Shown here one piece after another: positions 11,660 through 23,137 of a DNA stretch of 64,000 bases. Numbering within the stretch: position 1 is the stretch's first letter; every line of letters starts with the position of its first letter. A model generated the notes under the pieces. It was not told the origin of the DNA, made no database searches, and was given only the letters and a program-made list of their open reading frames with translations. This DNA comes from Hydrolagus colliei (Eukaryota). Position numbers and translations under genes: made by a program. The DNA lies in NCBI GenBank assembly GCA_035084275.1, contig CM068758.1, positions 2,542,001-2,606,000 of the forward strand, given 5' to 3'.

Positions 11660-11960
11660 CTAGGCTGACATCCTTGTGGGAGGTGCCGCGAGATTAATCT
11701 GAGGCTCTGTTTGTTTGTTTGTTTGTTTGAGAAGGTTATAAATGTTTCCATAGCACCATCCAGCAAGAAAAAAGGGAGCTTCACTTAGCAATAGGACAAA
11801 ACTCTGCAGGTAATAGTGGATTTCATAAGTTGGCTGTTTGTAGGATATTGTTATGTGCAGGCTGGCTCGCGCACTTAGCTACAAATATACGGTCACTGCA
11901 CCGTAAATACTGCAAAGCACATTCAGATGTTTTGACGACATGCTAAAGTGCTAAATATAT
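11660..11960 (+). mobile_element. Old DeuSINE relic with an internal (GTTT)n
   Basis: ggaggtgccg...gaggc, ccatagcacc, gctgtttgtaggatattgttatgtgca and a decayed tail. Confidence 0.55.
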
Positions 11961-12387
11961 GTATTAAAAAAACCAAGCATCAGTATTCTACATTGAATCA
12001 ATAGTTCTGAGGAATTTGTGTTATTGGTGATAAAATTGAGAACAATATAAATGTACCTTCTTTTGTATGTCCCCTGTTGTACAATAAAGCCAGGTCCAGT
12101 TTATTGGTGTATGTGTGTTTTTTTTAACGATGTAAAACTATGTGGAGGAACATTCAGTGACATTCTCACACGGAAACTATTCAGTATGGTTTCAATCTCC
12201 GGGTAAGTGGTTTGGGCTTTCCGTTCTCTTGTGTTGACTGGCCACCGAAAAACTTAATCTCCCGGTTCACTCTTTGTTAACATACGCTGTACACGTACTT
12301 CCTAAAAGAGCGAGCATTTACGCAAACATCAGACATGCATTGCCAGCATTTTGAGAATGATCAATTTAATAGGGATTACTGATCGGG

Positions 12388-13171
12388 CAGCCAGCCCACC
12401 CCAACCGCGGCTTCGTCAACCGTGAAACTCACGCACCCACGGTTTGCTAAATGCGACAACCCTTGCAAACCATGGTTTATACCCCTTGCTTATCCACGGG
12501 TTTTAACACTAACACTAATGTTATTGTTAATTGCATCAACTAGCCTCAATGTCGCTTCACGCTAGTGTTTAGCATTAGGACCCAGTTACGATGTTGCAAT
12601 CAACCAGCGACAATGCTTCTCTCTTAGGATTAAGGTAAATACAGTAATATGAATTTATTGTCGCTTCTCCGCAGCCGAGCTAGTAAGTTTGGGAGCATTG
12701 GCTGCCAGGATCTGCAGATCTCTCTCTCTGTGTAAGTGTATCACAGGCTGTAGAAATCTCTCTTTCTGTATCTCAGGCTGAAGAGGAATCTGTCTATCTC
12801 TCTATCTGTGAGTGCATCTCGGACTTTAGAAAGATCTCTCTCTCACCTCTCTATTTCACCTTCTCTTCCCCCCCCATTCCCCCCTTCCCCCTCTTCCCCA
12901 TCCCACTTCTCTCTCTCTCTTCTCTGTCTGTGTGTAGATCAGTCAGTCAGTCAGACAGCCTCGCAGAATGTTGCAGATGCGCCCAAACTTACTTCCCCTA
13001 TCCCCAGTATGTTATAACTGTATGTGTTTTTTTTGTGTTTAGTTCTATGAAACGCAAACTTACTCCCCGTATCCTCATGTTTCCTATAGGATCCTGTATT
13101 TTCCAACCGCGATTTTACTGACCACGAAGGTTTACAGGAACGTATTCCCCGCGGTTGGGGTGGCATACCTG
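12388..13171. mobile_element. Non-autonomous Tc1/mariner-superfamily (pogo/Tigger-like) DNA element
   Basis: 23-bp imperfect TIRs CAGCCAGCCCACCCCAACCGCGG / CCGCGGTTGGGGTGGCATACCTG (15 bp perfect); right end followed by TA; sub-terminal ggaacgtattccccgcgg resembles Tigger-type ends. Confidence 0.7.
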
Positions 13172-13949
13172 TATAAACTGTATGTATTTTTCAGGCTGGA
13201 TTTTCTTTTCCGAAATCGCGCAAAGGATACGAGAAACTCTGAAACGACAATGGCCATCAATTGCACAAAAAAGCCCTCGACAATGTATTTAGGTGCAGAA
13301 AAATTGATTACACAGGAAGGCGATATAAGGCGAGGCAAGTTACAACAGTCTGGATGCACAGTGCATATCATTTTAAAAACATTGGCTGTTAGGATAGGAT
13401 ATCTGGAGTTTAAAGCCTTATTCTATGAATATTATTCCTTTATACTGCCAAAAAGTTAGCTGCTCTGACCTGATCTATTCCCCCATTTTTCCGCTAATAC
13501 ATAGGTGAAGCTGATATATTGATGAAACTGAAACAAACATCAACACGATAGGTAGTAAGAAAGCTGCAGGAATGTCAGGGGGTAGATTTATTACTGCAAA
13601 TGTGAATTCTTATATTTTGGAGATGAACTCATTAAAAAAAAGGTTGCGTAAATATTTCTGCTCGCACTCTCTTCCCTCATCCCAGTTCCCTGTTATATTC
13701 CGTTCTTCCCTTTTTCCCTGTTTGACTATTAGTTTCAGCTCGTCTCCATCTCGTCTGCCTCGGTAAAATCAGTTGGTTGAAGTTGCGTCCGAATGTTGTG
13801 TGCCTCTCCGAATACCCACACAGATTTGCGCGTTTGGGGTTAACCTTGGGGGGAACAAAGTCTGCTTCAGCAAAGTCTGCTTCAGCTGAAAAGATATTGC
13901 TCCAACTTTGCCCGTTTGATGTATCGCCTAGTTTCACCCGAGAACGTCT

Positions 13950-14055
13950 TGTAGCATTTCACAGGATATATGGTGAAGTGCAGGGATTCAGCTGAACACA
14001 GCAGGCAATTTGTGCACTGAAATGTCCCACAAACAGCCGTGAAGTGAATGGCCAT
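13950..14055 (-). mobile_element. Old DeuSINE fragment
   Basis: caatttgtgcactgaaatgtcccacaaacagc. Confidence 0.6.
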
Positions 14056-14299
14056 GGTTTATACGGTGTCAGAACTCCAAAACATGATGTGATTTGGGTT
14101 GTTGACTCGATCTGTGACATGGTTTGTATGTAAAACCAAGGACGGGTTGCTGCAGAACCAGTTATTTTGTGCTTGCAACAGTAACAATGACTCATCTACA
14201 GAACAGGAAAACATCAAAATCCTGTACGACTGGAATCTGAAGAGGACAACTCTATCGATCACAAGTATCTTTTAATTTCATTCCTCATTTTGCCCACTC

Positions 14300-14637
14300 C
14301 GTTCAGCGGGCTCCAGTCTGCTCCTTGTCTCCCAACCGACCCGCCCTACTATCAGTGGCCGGGCTTTCAGCCTCTCTGACCCCCACACTCTGGAACTCCA
14401 ACCCACAGTCTCTTCGCCTCGCTCCTTCCCTTGCCTCCTTCAAGGCCGGTCTCAAGACCCTCCTTTTCGACCTTTCCTTCAGCCGCCCTCCCAACTCTCG
14501 CCTTCCCCTCCCACCCATCCTGCCCCTCCCCCCGTACCCTGCCCCTTCCCAATGCTCAAGTCCAGACCCCTGACTGTTGAGCGCCTTGGGACGTCCTCCC
14601 GATGTGAAGGGCGCTCCACAAATGTAATTGTTGTTGT
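14300..14637 (+). mobile_element. L2-clade LINE 3' end (RT C-terminus plus 3' UTR)
   Basis: Translates ...TLWNSNPQSLRLAPSLASFKAGLKTLLF; ends agcgccttgggacgtcctcccgatgtgaagggcgct...ttgttgttg. Confidence 0.9.
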
Positions 14638-15235
14638 CCTTTACGTTCTCTCAGCCTCTCGACTCGAGATAATTACTTGACGGAAATCAATCAATACAAA
14701 CTGCCAATGAGTCTCATCTCTAAATCCAGGTCCCAGTTGCCACAGTCACTCATTCCCATTCCGCCCTGATGCTCAGTTGATCTGACTCGTGCCTGGTCTG
14801 TCTGCAAAAATGCATCCACGTTACACGCGGAGAATCGGAAATGGACTGGTTTCACATCTGAGGGAATAGGCTGACTTCAATTTACTATTCCCTGACTTGG
14901 CTGAGAGCGCAGAGCGGAAGACAACAGATATTCACGAAAGCATTTCAGATGAGCTGACAGATAGATAAGGTTGAGGGGAACAGACATGCAGGCAAGTCTG
15001 ATGGAAACTGGATGGGCGCTTGGGAGGAGGAAGTACGCTAAAACTCAGCGCTCCAAACATTTTCAGCTTCCTCCCAAACCAGACCAAACGGCCCTCTCTC
15101 TGTGTGTCAAAGACGCCTATTAACCTAACTAATGCTCCCAGAATACTGTACATTTAGTTGGGAGATGATTCTGCCATCTGGTGCTGTTCAAGTACGAAAA
15201 CATCTGTATATCTCACAAAATCTCTTCCAAAACAT

Positions 15236-15428
15236 TGAAAAAAATAACAATTTGGTCACTCAATCCATGACTTTGGTGGGACACTGCTGTGCACAATTGA
15301 CTGCCGCATTTTGCCCACATATGTACAGTCAATTCACTTTACATTATATTCCGTGAAGCGCTTTCAGACGTCTAAAAGATGTGAAAAACCCTATATCAAA
15401 TGCAAGGATTATTATTGTTATTATTATT
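15236..15428 (+). mobile_element. SINE 3' half
   Basis: tttggtcactcaatccatgac...caaatgcaaggattattatt. Confidence 0.88.
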
Positions 15429-16279
15429 GACAATTAGAATTGTGACTCAAAAATCATTCGGATCAATTCGATAAATGCCACCTGATAGTGAACTTGCCTA
15501 TGAAGATTATTATTAAGAAGAAGAATATCTTGCTATCTGTCGCTCTTTTTACTGCGTTCTTCCAGTTCCGTTCTTCCAGTTTGGCCCAATGTAACATGCA
15601 CAAAGTCAAGGGCAACTTTCAAGGGGAATTCAACTGAAGTTTTTCTGCTGCAAAATAATATAAGAGCATGGTCGGGCAGGGCAGAAACGTGACCTGCATG
15701 GTAATGACGTGACGGAGCACATTGGGGTTAATTACATAGTCCTTTGGTTGTCGTGATTTTGGTTTGATTCTAGCCCAGAATGATAGGGTGATGGCCTTTT
15801 TCCATGCCCTAGCTGTAGGCTTTGGGCAGTCTCGACTTGGTTCCCAATAACTTGCTACTAAATGGGCAATCTCGGAGAAGTCACGGCGATGGCAGGTGTG
15901 AGAAATGGATAATACCGCCGCGCCGATGTAGCTCTGCAGCATCCGGATCGGGAGCTGGGGGCATAGCGTTGGAACACAGAGGCACAGAACGTTACCGAAA
16001 TCGCCGACTGTGAGTGTCCCAGAAGCAGAAAGTATTCCCTTTTCCGTCTCGACGGCAAAAACTCTGCAGTGTGTTCGGTGAAGCGTTTTGAGACAATAAC
16101 AACAACTTGCACCTGACCCAGGGCAGCGCACCAGAGCGCTTGAAGGAAGTCTAGAAAACGTGATTAAGGGGCTATATTAAATGCAAGGATAATTCTTTTT
16201 ATGATTATGTCCCAGTACCCCAGTCAATTTCACGACTGTTTGTAAGGGACACCACTGGGCATAAATTAGCTGCCACATT

Positions 16280-16603
16280 AATAATAATAATAATATTAGT
16301 AATAATCTTCGCATTTGATATAGCGCTTTTCACATCTTCTAGATGTCTCAAAGCGCTTCATAGAGTAAAGTGAATTCACCCTACCTTTGTGAGCGAAACG
16401 CGGCAGCCAATTGCGCACAGCAGCGACCCCATAAACAGCCATGGATTGAAGTAACCCATTATATTATCCTTTTTTTCTCTTGAGGGATTATTATCAGGCA
16501 CGCAGAGTAAGGAAACTTGCCCAAGGTTTCGCCTTGACCTGCCGGGAATCGAACCCAGATCGCTTGCTTGAGACGCTTAGTGCTCTAACCAATTTACAGG
16601 ACC
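16280..16603 (-). mobile_element. tRNA-derived SINE, near full length, abutting a plus-strand SINE fragment (16224-16279)
   Basis: Tail, body, gagtaaggaaacttgcccaagg, gaatcgaacc. Confidence 0.9.
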
Positions 16604-17109
16604 CCAATTTACCCACAAATTTGCCTCATACCAATGCTCTTTGCCCAGTCTTTATTCTTAAGTATATATTATTATTTACGGGAAGGTTTACCATCTGGTT
16701 GAGCGGAAATCTGGAATAATCCCACACTCCCTTCCCTGAATTATTCTGTATTTTCGCAAATTCTAACAATAATCATCCCAGCGCTGATAGAACGTTCCTC
16801 CAACACAAAAGCTAATAAAACTAGCAGCAATCCATACGGACAGTTTCGGCGCAGTGAACAGGGAAAGCTCTAACCATACCTATTACCATAATTCATGCCT
16901 TCAATAATAGTTACTGCACACCGAAAAAATACGCTGCTGGACTGTGTCAATTACCAGTAATGTTAACATTACGACCTCTGCCATTCATGGGTTAAACTGC
17001 ATCATTTGCTCCTATTTTAATCCTTTGAAAACCTGTTGGGAGATTTCCCCACCCCCATGTCATTACTTAGGATTTTTTTTTAGCGAATTTGCTTTTATGA
17101 TCCCACATT

Positions 17110-17170
17110 AACAACAACAACTTCAATTTATACAGCGCCCTCCACGCCGGTTGGCGTCTCAGAGCGCTTC
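17110..17170 (-). mobile_element. L2 tail fragment
   Basis: aacaacaacaacttcaatttatacagcgccc...gcgtctcagagcgct. Confidence 0.65.
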
Positions 17171-18054
17171 TCATCAAATCTGCGTGAGAGCCACAAACGG
17201 AACGCAAACGCGCTGCTTTTCTTCATTTCAAACGCCTTGTTCTCCTTAATGGCTTGATCCGAAAATGGTTGAAAGCGTCTGTAGTGGGAGCCTTCCTAAT
17301 CGTAATAGAGATGTAAGCAATCTTACACAGGGCACCAAGCCTCCCCTCAAAGGAGATGACTCAGTGGGAATTGTGAAAATGAAGTGGGAAGGGGTGAGTA
17401 AATGTCAAGAAATATAAACCAACTCCTTACTCTACCCCATCACCTCTAACCCATGTGTTGCCGTGGATCATTGTCAGCAGGTTATAAACACTGGGGTTAT
17501 CAGAACACATTAGCTTGAAACCCTTTGGAATCTGCGTTTGGAACGGAAACTGTCAGATCATGAAAAGCAAATGATTTTTTTTTGTGGGGGCGGCGGGGGG
17601 TGCGAATCATATTTTGTTCGATGCTTAAACCCAAAAAATTACCTGCACGGATTGACGTGACGTCCCCGGCTGGAGATGGCATTGATTTAATACCGTAAAA
17701 AGTGTGTGAATCAGCTTCTTTTCTCTCTTGTTTTTTTTCTTCGTTCGGCCGCAAAAAATTATTAACGCAATAACGCACCGGCCGTCGTAACACATGTCTC
17801 ACGGATAATCTTGACTGTATTGCGCCTCCAGTGTTTTATTGACGTGAAATTGATATGCTCGTGATATGCTCGATATCCTAACATCTTTGGTTGAAAGGTA
17901 ATAAAAGAGCGCAATGGAGCTCTCAAGAGCTACTATTTATTGCTTGATTTTATATTAGAAAAAAACTAATATCTCTCACCTTTGCGATGTGAGTTTGAAC
18001 TAAAGTCCATCACAAGTTGAGACAGAATTCCCCTGCATTTGTTCCCCCACATTT

Positions 18055-18114
18055 TAAGCGTTTTGAGACGTCTCGAAGACGCGACAAGGCGCGACATCAA
18101 ACGCAAGGATTATT
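18055..18114 (+). mobile_element. SINE tail fragment directly upstream of a full copy
   Basis: aagcgttttgagacgtctcgaagacgcg...caaacgcaaggattatt. Confidence 0.85.
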
Positions 18115-18115
18115 G

Positions 18116-18446
18116 TGGAGCTCCTGTAGCTCAGTGGTTAGAGCACTCGGTTTACAAGCGTGAGACCTGTGTTCGAATCCAGGCAGATCAGGGCAAAACC
18201 TTAGGTAAGTTTCCTTACTTCACACACACGCCTAATAATACTCCGTCCAAAAAAAACCACAATAATAAAAAAAATTGGTCATTTCAATCTACGACTGTTT
18301 GTGGGGACGCTGCTGTGTGCAATTGGCTGCCGTGTTTCACCCACAAATATACAGCCAATTCACTTTACAGTACATTCTGTGAGGTGCTTTGAGACATCTA
18401 GAAGAGTTAAAAAGCACTATATCAAATGCAAGGATTATTATATTAT
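18116..18446 (+). mobile_element. tRNA-derived SINE, full length
   Basis: tggagctcctgtagctcagtggttagagcactcg...gttcgaatcc...tail. Confidence 0.95.
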
Positions 18447-18504
18447 CATGACATTATAAAATCTAAGTAATTCTATGCCAGATCTTGAACGCAACTTTAC
18501 AAAA

Positions 18505-18610
18505 GACTACTCTCCCAAACTCTGGAACACTCTTCCACCATCCCTCCGCCTTGGCCCCCCATCTCCCACTTTTCAAGTCCCGCCTGAAAACTTTCTGCTT
18601 CGACTGTGCA
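18505..18610 (+). mobile_element. L2 RT C-terminal fragment
   Basis: Translates SPKLWNTLPPSLRL..; homologous to 22607-23045. Confidence 0.7.
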
Positions 18611-18619
18611 TAGTTGATA

Positions 18620-19117
18620 TCCTGGCTTGCAAACCAGTCATTCCTCGTGGCATCAACCTTTTAGTTCAGTTGAAAGCCTAACTAAATTCAATCAGGGTTT
18701 AATAGCTCAGATGTGCCTATTCTATTGTGCCTCAACACTTCGCCCACAAAAGGCAATTTACAGTATATTCAATTTAATTTACAGTAAATTTAATTTATAG
18801 TATAGTCCACGAAGCGCTTTGAGACGTCTCGATGACGCAATAAGCCACTGCATTAAATTCAGCGATTATTATTATATTATTATTTATTACAAAAATAATT
18901 TATTTATATTATAACAGAAGTTGGTACAGTACTTCTGCCAGGCCATGTGAAAAACAAAATGTGATTGAACACTCCGGGCAATTATTATGGGACGTATGTC
19001 ATAAGCATGAAAAAATAATGACTTCTGAGCAATTAAACCCTGAGTGAATTCAGTTAGGCTTTCAAATGAACTAAAGGTTCAGTGCCATTAGGAATTGCTG
19101 GTTTTTGCAAGCCAGGA
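18620..19117. repeat. ~95-bp imperfect inverted repeat (arms 18620-18714 and 19021-19117)
   Basis: tcctggcttgcaaaccag...tgaaagcctaactaaattcaatcagggtttaatagctcaga versus the reverse complement of tctgagcaattaaaccctgagtgaattcagttaggctttca...ctggtttttgcaagccagga. Confidence 0.9.
18738..18890 (+). mobile_element. SINE tail fragment inside the spacer of the inverted repeat
   Basis: ttcgcccacaaa...gaagcgctttgagacgtctcgatgacg...gattattatt. Confidence 0.75.
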
Positions 19118-19380
19118 ATTCTGGAATAAAAACAAAAAGCTTGCCTGAATGGACCAATGTGATACTGGATTGCGAACGCATGCTATTCTACAGTTAACAT
19201 AGTGGATCACAACATAACCAGGATACTAGTCACGGAAAGTTTCGATGTGAAACATCACATAATCTTAAAATATCAAAAATACTTTCGGGGTCCAAATCAA
19301 AAAGGCAAATTCATTTTTTTAAAACTGTCATCCCATTGTAACATAAGATGGTTATAACAATGACAATAAAATATTAACAC

Positions 19381-19535
19381 TAATAATAATCTTTGCATTT
19401 GCATGAAGGCACCTTTCATGCCTGCCGGACGGCTCAAAGCGCTTGACAGAATTTATTGCGATTTGTAGTGACTGTGTATTTGGTAGGCGAGCGTCGACAG
19501 GTCAATTTATGCTCATCGATGTCCCACAGACCTCT
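19381..19535 (-). mobile_element. Decayed SINE 3' half
   Basis: taataataatctttgcattt...ctcaaagcgctt...gtcccacagac. Confidence 0.7.
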
Positions 19536-19842
19536 GTGGGGGTGAGTGAACAACATTTGGTTCCTGTTAGGGAAAATAAATTCAATGAGATTTCTATAGG
19601 GTCTATCAAACTGGAGGACTTCTCAATGCTAACTGGTTACCTGAGATTGGTGGGGAACAGAGGGGGGGCAAGGGGGATGACAGCTGAGGAGTTGGAGGGA
19701 GGGACGAGGAGGAAGTTAATCCAAAGGACAGTCAGAGGTAATTCGCAATTCACGATGTGTGTAAGGACGGAGAGGGTCAAGTCCTTGATGTTCCAGAGCA
19801 GGGCTAGAATGGCTGAAAGCTCGCCTGCCAATGATAAAATGA

Positions 19843-20190
19843 TGGAGTCCTGTAGCTCAGTGGTTAGAGCACTCGACTTAGAAGCATGGGACCTGTGTTC
19901 GAATCCAGGCAAGTCAGGGCGAAACTTTGGGCAAGTTTCCTTATTCCACACACACGCACACGCCTAATAATAATAATCCCTCAAACAAAACAATAATGAA
20001 ATTGGTCATTTTCAATCCACGGCTGTTTGTGTGGGGGAACGCTGCTGTGCGCAATCGGCTGTCGCGTTTAGCTCACAAATATACAGTCAATTCACTTTAC
20101 AGTATATTCTGTGTAGGCGCTTTGAGACGTCTAGAGGACATGAAAAGCGCGATATCAAATGCAAGGATTATTATTATTATTATTATTATT
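19843..20190 (+). mobile_element. tRNA-derived SINE, full length
   Basis: A/B boxes, body, long (ATT)n tail. Confidence 0.95.
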
Positions 20191-20403
20191 AAAACACATT
20201 CCTTGCCACGAGCAGTGAGTGCTGTCAATTAAGCGACAGCCTCTTTGTCCAGATTGTCCTAGCCGAGCACTGTAAGGCTCTTCTTGGCAGCTTCGGATGC
20301 TGTGTGACAGTCTATGGCTCCCGTGGGAAGCACACATTCCACATTCAGTGGCATCAGTAAGTGTGTTACAAGGTGCTTGTGTACTGCAGTGAATTGCCTG
20401 GGC

Positions 20404-20436
20404 CATAACATAACATAACATAACATAACATAACAC
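20404..20436. repeat. (ATAAC)n pentanucleotide microsatellite
   Basis: About 6 tandem units. Confidence 0.95.
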
Positions 20437-21910
20437 AGCATCTAACTTCAGAGAGCCACAGTTCAGTAGATTTACAACAGAGGCAGTGTCAGAACATGGA
20501 ACCTGAATGTAAAAAACAAAACAGAGAGGGAGGAATTGTGGCTAAAAATAAAGTGCGGAATACACACATATATATATATAAATATATGTTTAAGATCTCT
20601 ATGCTGCAGAACACAAAGGGAGCTGTGGTCCCAGTGAGGCAAAGCACGAAGACGAGCAAGAGACTAATACAATTTCTGACCTCAAAAAAATTTCAACCAT
20701 TCACTAAATCTCATATTGAAACCCCCACCCCTTCAATACCATCCCGGCCACCCACCTCATCCACCCCAACACACCCACCCACCCAACCTCATCAAAGTGA
20801 CTGGCATACAAACCAACAAAACTTCTCCCAGTTGGTATGATTTCTTCTAGATGAAGAGATTGTAGATTTTTTTTGGGGGGGGTGGCGGAGAGCTTTTTAA
20901 CGCAAATCTCCAATGAAAGGGGCTGTTTCATTAGCTAAGCCTCACAGGGTTTAATTAAGTCCTTTTTATAGATATATATATATATATTTTTTAAAAGAAT
21001 TCCGGTCTAAGCATGAAAAGAAACGCGGCTATCACAGTGGGAAGTGCTCTCCTCAACACCAGAGAGCTGTACTGGTGCATAAATAAATCATTTGAGTTGC
21101 TGGCAGTTTGAACATAATCAATAGTTCTGCAGTGTTCAGGTCATGCACTGTATATTCCGAGTCTGGGTTGACCCTGGGTTGTATATAAAGTATGATATTA
21201 AAGAAAGCTTCCACACTGCCTGTTCCACTCTCGGGAAACCTGTGCCCATCAATCATTCATCCCTTTCGCACATTTCATCATCGAGTCGAGCGGCGGAGTA
21301 TTGAAGAAGTTAATAGTACAGATATGAAGCCTTGCCCTCAGGAAGCAAAAAAAAAAAAAAAAGCTGGTGTCATATCAGCCGACTGCGATTCCACAATTTT
21401 CCGATTGTGTACTTAGCTTGAATTTATTGACCAAATCTGATAGCAGAAGACCTACCCTGTTTAGACAGTTAACACTAATCCTGTGTGCCACTGCTGCTTG
21501 TCAGTCCTATTCAATAGCTTGTGGACTGGTTCAGAACGCACAATGCACCTCATTTTATCCATGTACAATGTTGTAAATTGAAACAAATCATGATTTGTTT
21601 AGTGTATTCAATCAAGTTACACAAACACACACACACACATAATGGCACCTTTAATTCTTACTGTACCAATGCAACACGCATTTTATTTGCAGCATGCGCA
21701 GTGGGCGTACAATAACTTGCTGAAGATGCGAAATAAATTGCAATCCCTGATTTGTCTGTCGTGCGCGACTGTTTTCAACGCAGAGCTGGCTGAGCAGGGG
21801 AACTCAAATGAATTCCACCATTCAGTGGGCTTTTTAAATAAAAATCTGTAAAAAAAAATCGACAAAACATAATTGAATTCAAACAAAAATGGTTTGCGTG
21901 TAAAGTACGA

Positions 21911-22230
21911 TGGAGTCCTGCAGCAGTGGGTAGAACATTCCTCTCGCAACTGAGAGACCTGGGTTTGATTCCTGCCTGGCCAAAACCTTGGGCAACTTTC
22001 CTTACTCCACACGGCTGATAATAATCCCTCAAGGTAAAAACAGTAATACAAATGGGTCATTTCAATCAAAGACTGTTTGTGGGACACTGCTGTGCAGAAT
22101 CGGCTGCTGCGTTTCGCCCACAAAATATGCAGTCAATTCACTCTATAGTCCTGTATATTCTGTATATTCTTCGAGACATTTCGAATATGTGAAAAGTGCT
22201 ATATCAAATGCAAGGAGTATTACTTATTTA
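21911..22230 (+). mobile_element. tRNA-derived SINE, full length, diverged head
   Basis: tggagtcctgcagcagtgggtaga...ccttgggcaactttccttactcc...caaatgcaaggagtatt. Confidence 0.9.
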
Positions 22231-22606
22231 TGACATTAAAGAAAGCTTCCACACTGCTGTTGATCTGCTCGAACGCAGAGAAAATTAAGGTAATGTTAGG
22301 GTGAAAAGGCTATTAGGAAATAATGGTCCAGAGTGTTGTGAAGTGTTGAACCACATTGCAAAGAGCAGGTGAAGGATAGGAAATAAACTGAGAAGGCGAG
22401 TGGGAGGGCATGGGCTGGTCACAGAAATGAATCAAAAGACTAGCTCGCAAGGGGAGGAATTCATATTTGAAGGCCGGATGGAAACGCAACGCAGGTTTTT
22501 ATTTCAGAATTTGAGATGGAAAAAAACTAGCAAAGCAATAACTGGAAAGAGGAAATGCTCAGAAGAAACAAAATGGGTCATAGCGACAGAGATGAGGCTT
22601 CAAGGC

Positions 22607-23045
22607 AGGGTGAAGTTCAAGATCCTCGTCCTCACCTACAAGGCCTAACACGGCCTTGCCCCATCCTATCTAACCGATCTACTCTCCCCCTACACGCCCA
22701 CCCGGACCCTCCGTTCAACAGGACTTGGCCTGCTCCAAGCCCCCCGCCCGAACCGCCCCACCATCGGAGGCCGGGCCTTCAGTTTCTCCGCTCCCACCCT
22801 ATGGAATGCCATCCCTCAATCCCTCCGTTTCGTCTCTTCCCTTTCCTCTTTCAAGGCCGGTTTGAAGACTTTCCTCTTCGATCGTGCCTTCTGTTCCACC
22901 CCGAACTCTTTTACCCCCCCTCCGTATTTCACCCCTTCCCAAACACTCCCCTCCCAGCTCGGGTCACACGCCTCCTGTGCAGCGCCTTGGGACGTCCTCC
23001 CGACGTGAAAGGCGCTATATAAATGTAATTTGTTGTTGTTGTTGA
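22607..23045 (+). mobile_element. L2-clade LINE 3' end; pseudogenised reverse-transcriptase C-terminus
   Basis: One frame reads RVKFKILVLTYKA*HGLAPSYLTDLLSPYTPTRTLRSTGLGLLQAPRPNRPTIGGRAFSFSAPTLWNAIPQSLRFVSSLSSFKAGLKTFLFDRAF (typical L2 ORF2 end), then 3' stem-loop and (TTG)n tail. Confidence 0.95.
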
Positions 23046-23137
23046 TGGTGGTGGCAGGCAACATTCCACTCTATTCAAATATTTTGGCCTGGGTAATATA
23101 TCGTTGGGAGAAATCAGAGAGCCAAGTTTTCTCAATG

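Noticed and set aside
22607-23045. Host gene or active reverse transcriptase
   Set aside because: Only the last ~95 codons of an L2 ORF2, with an in-frame stop at 22646-22648
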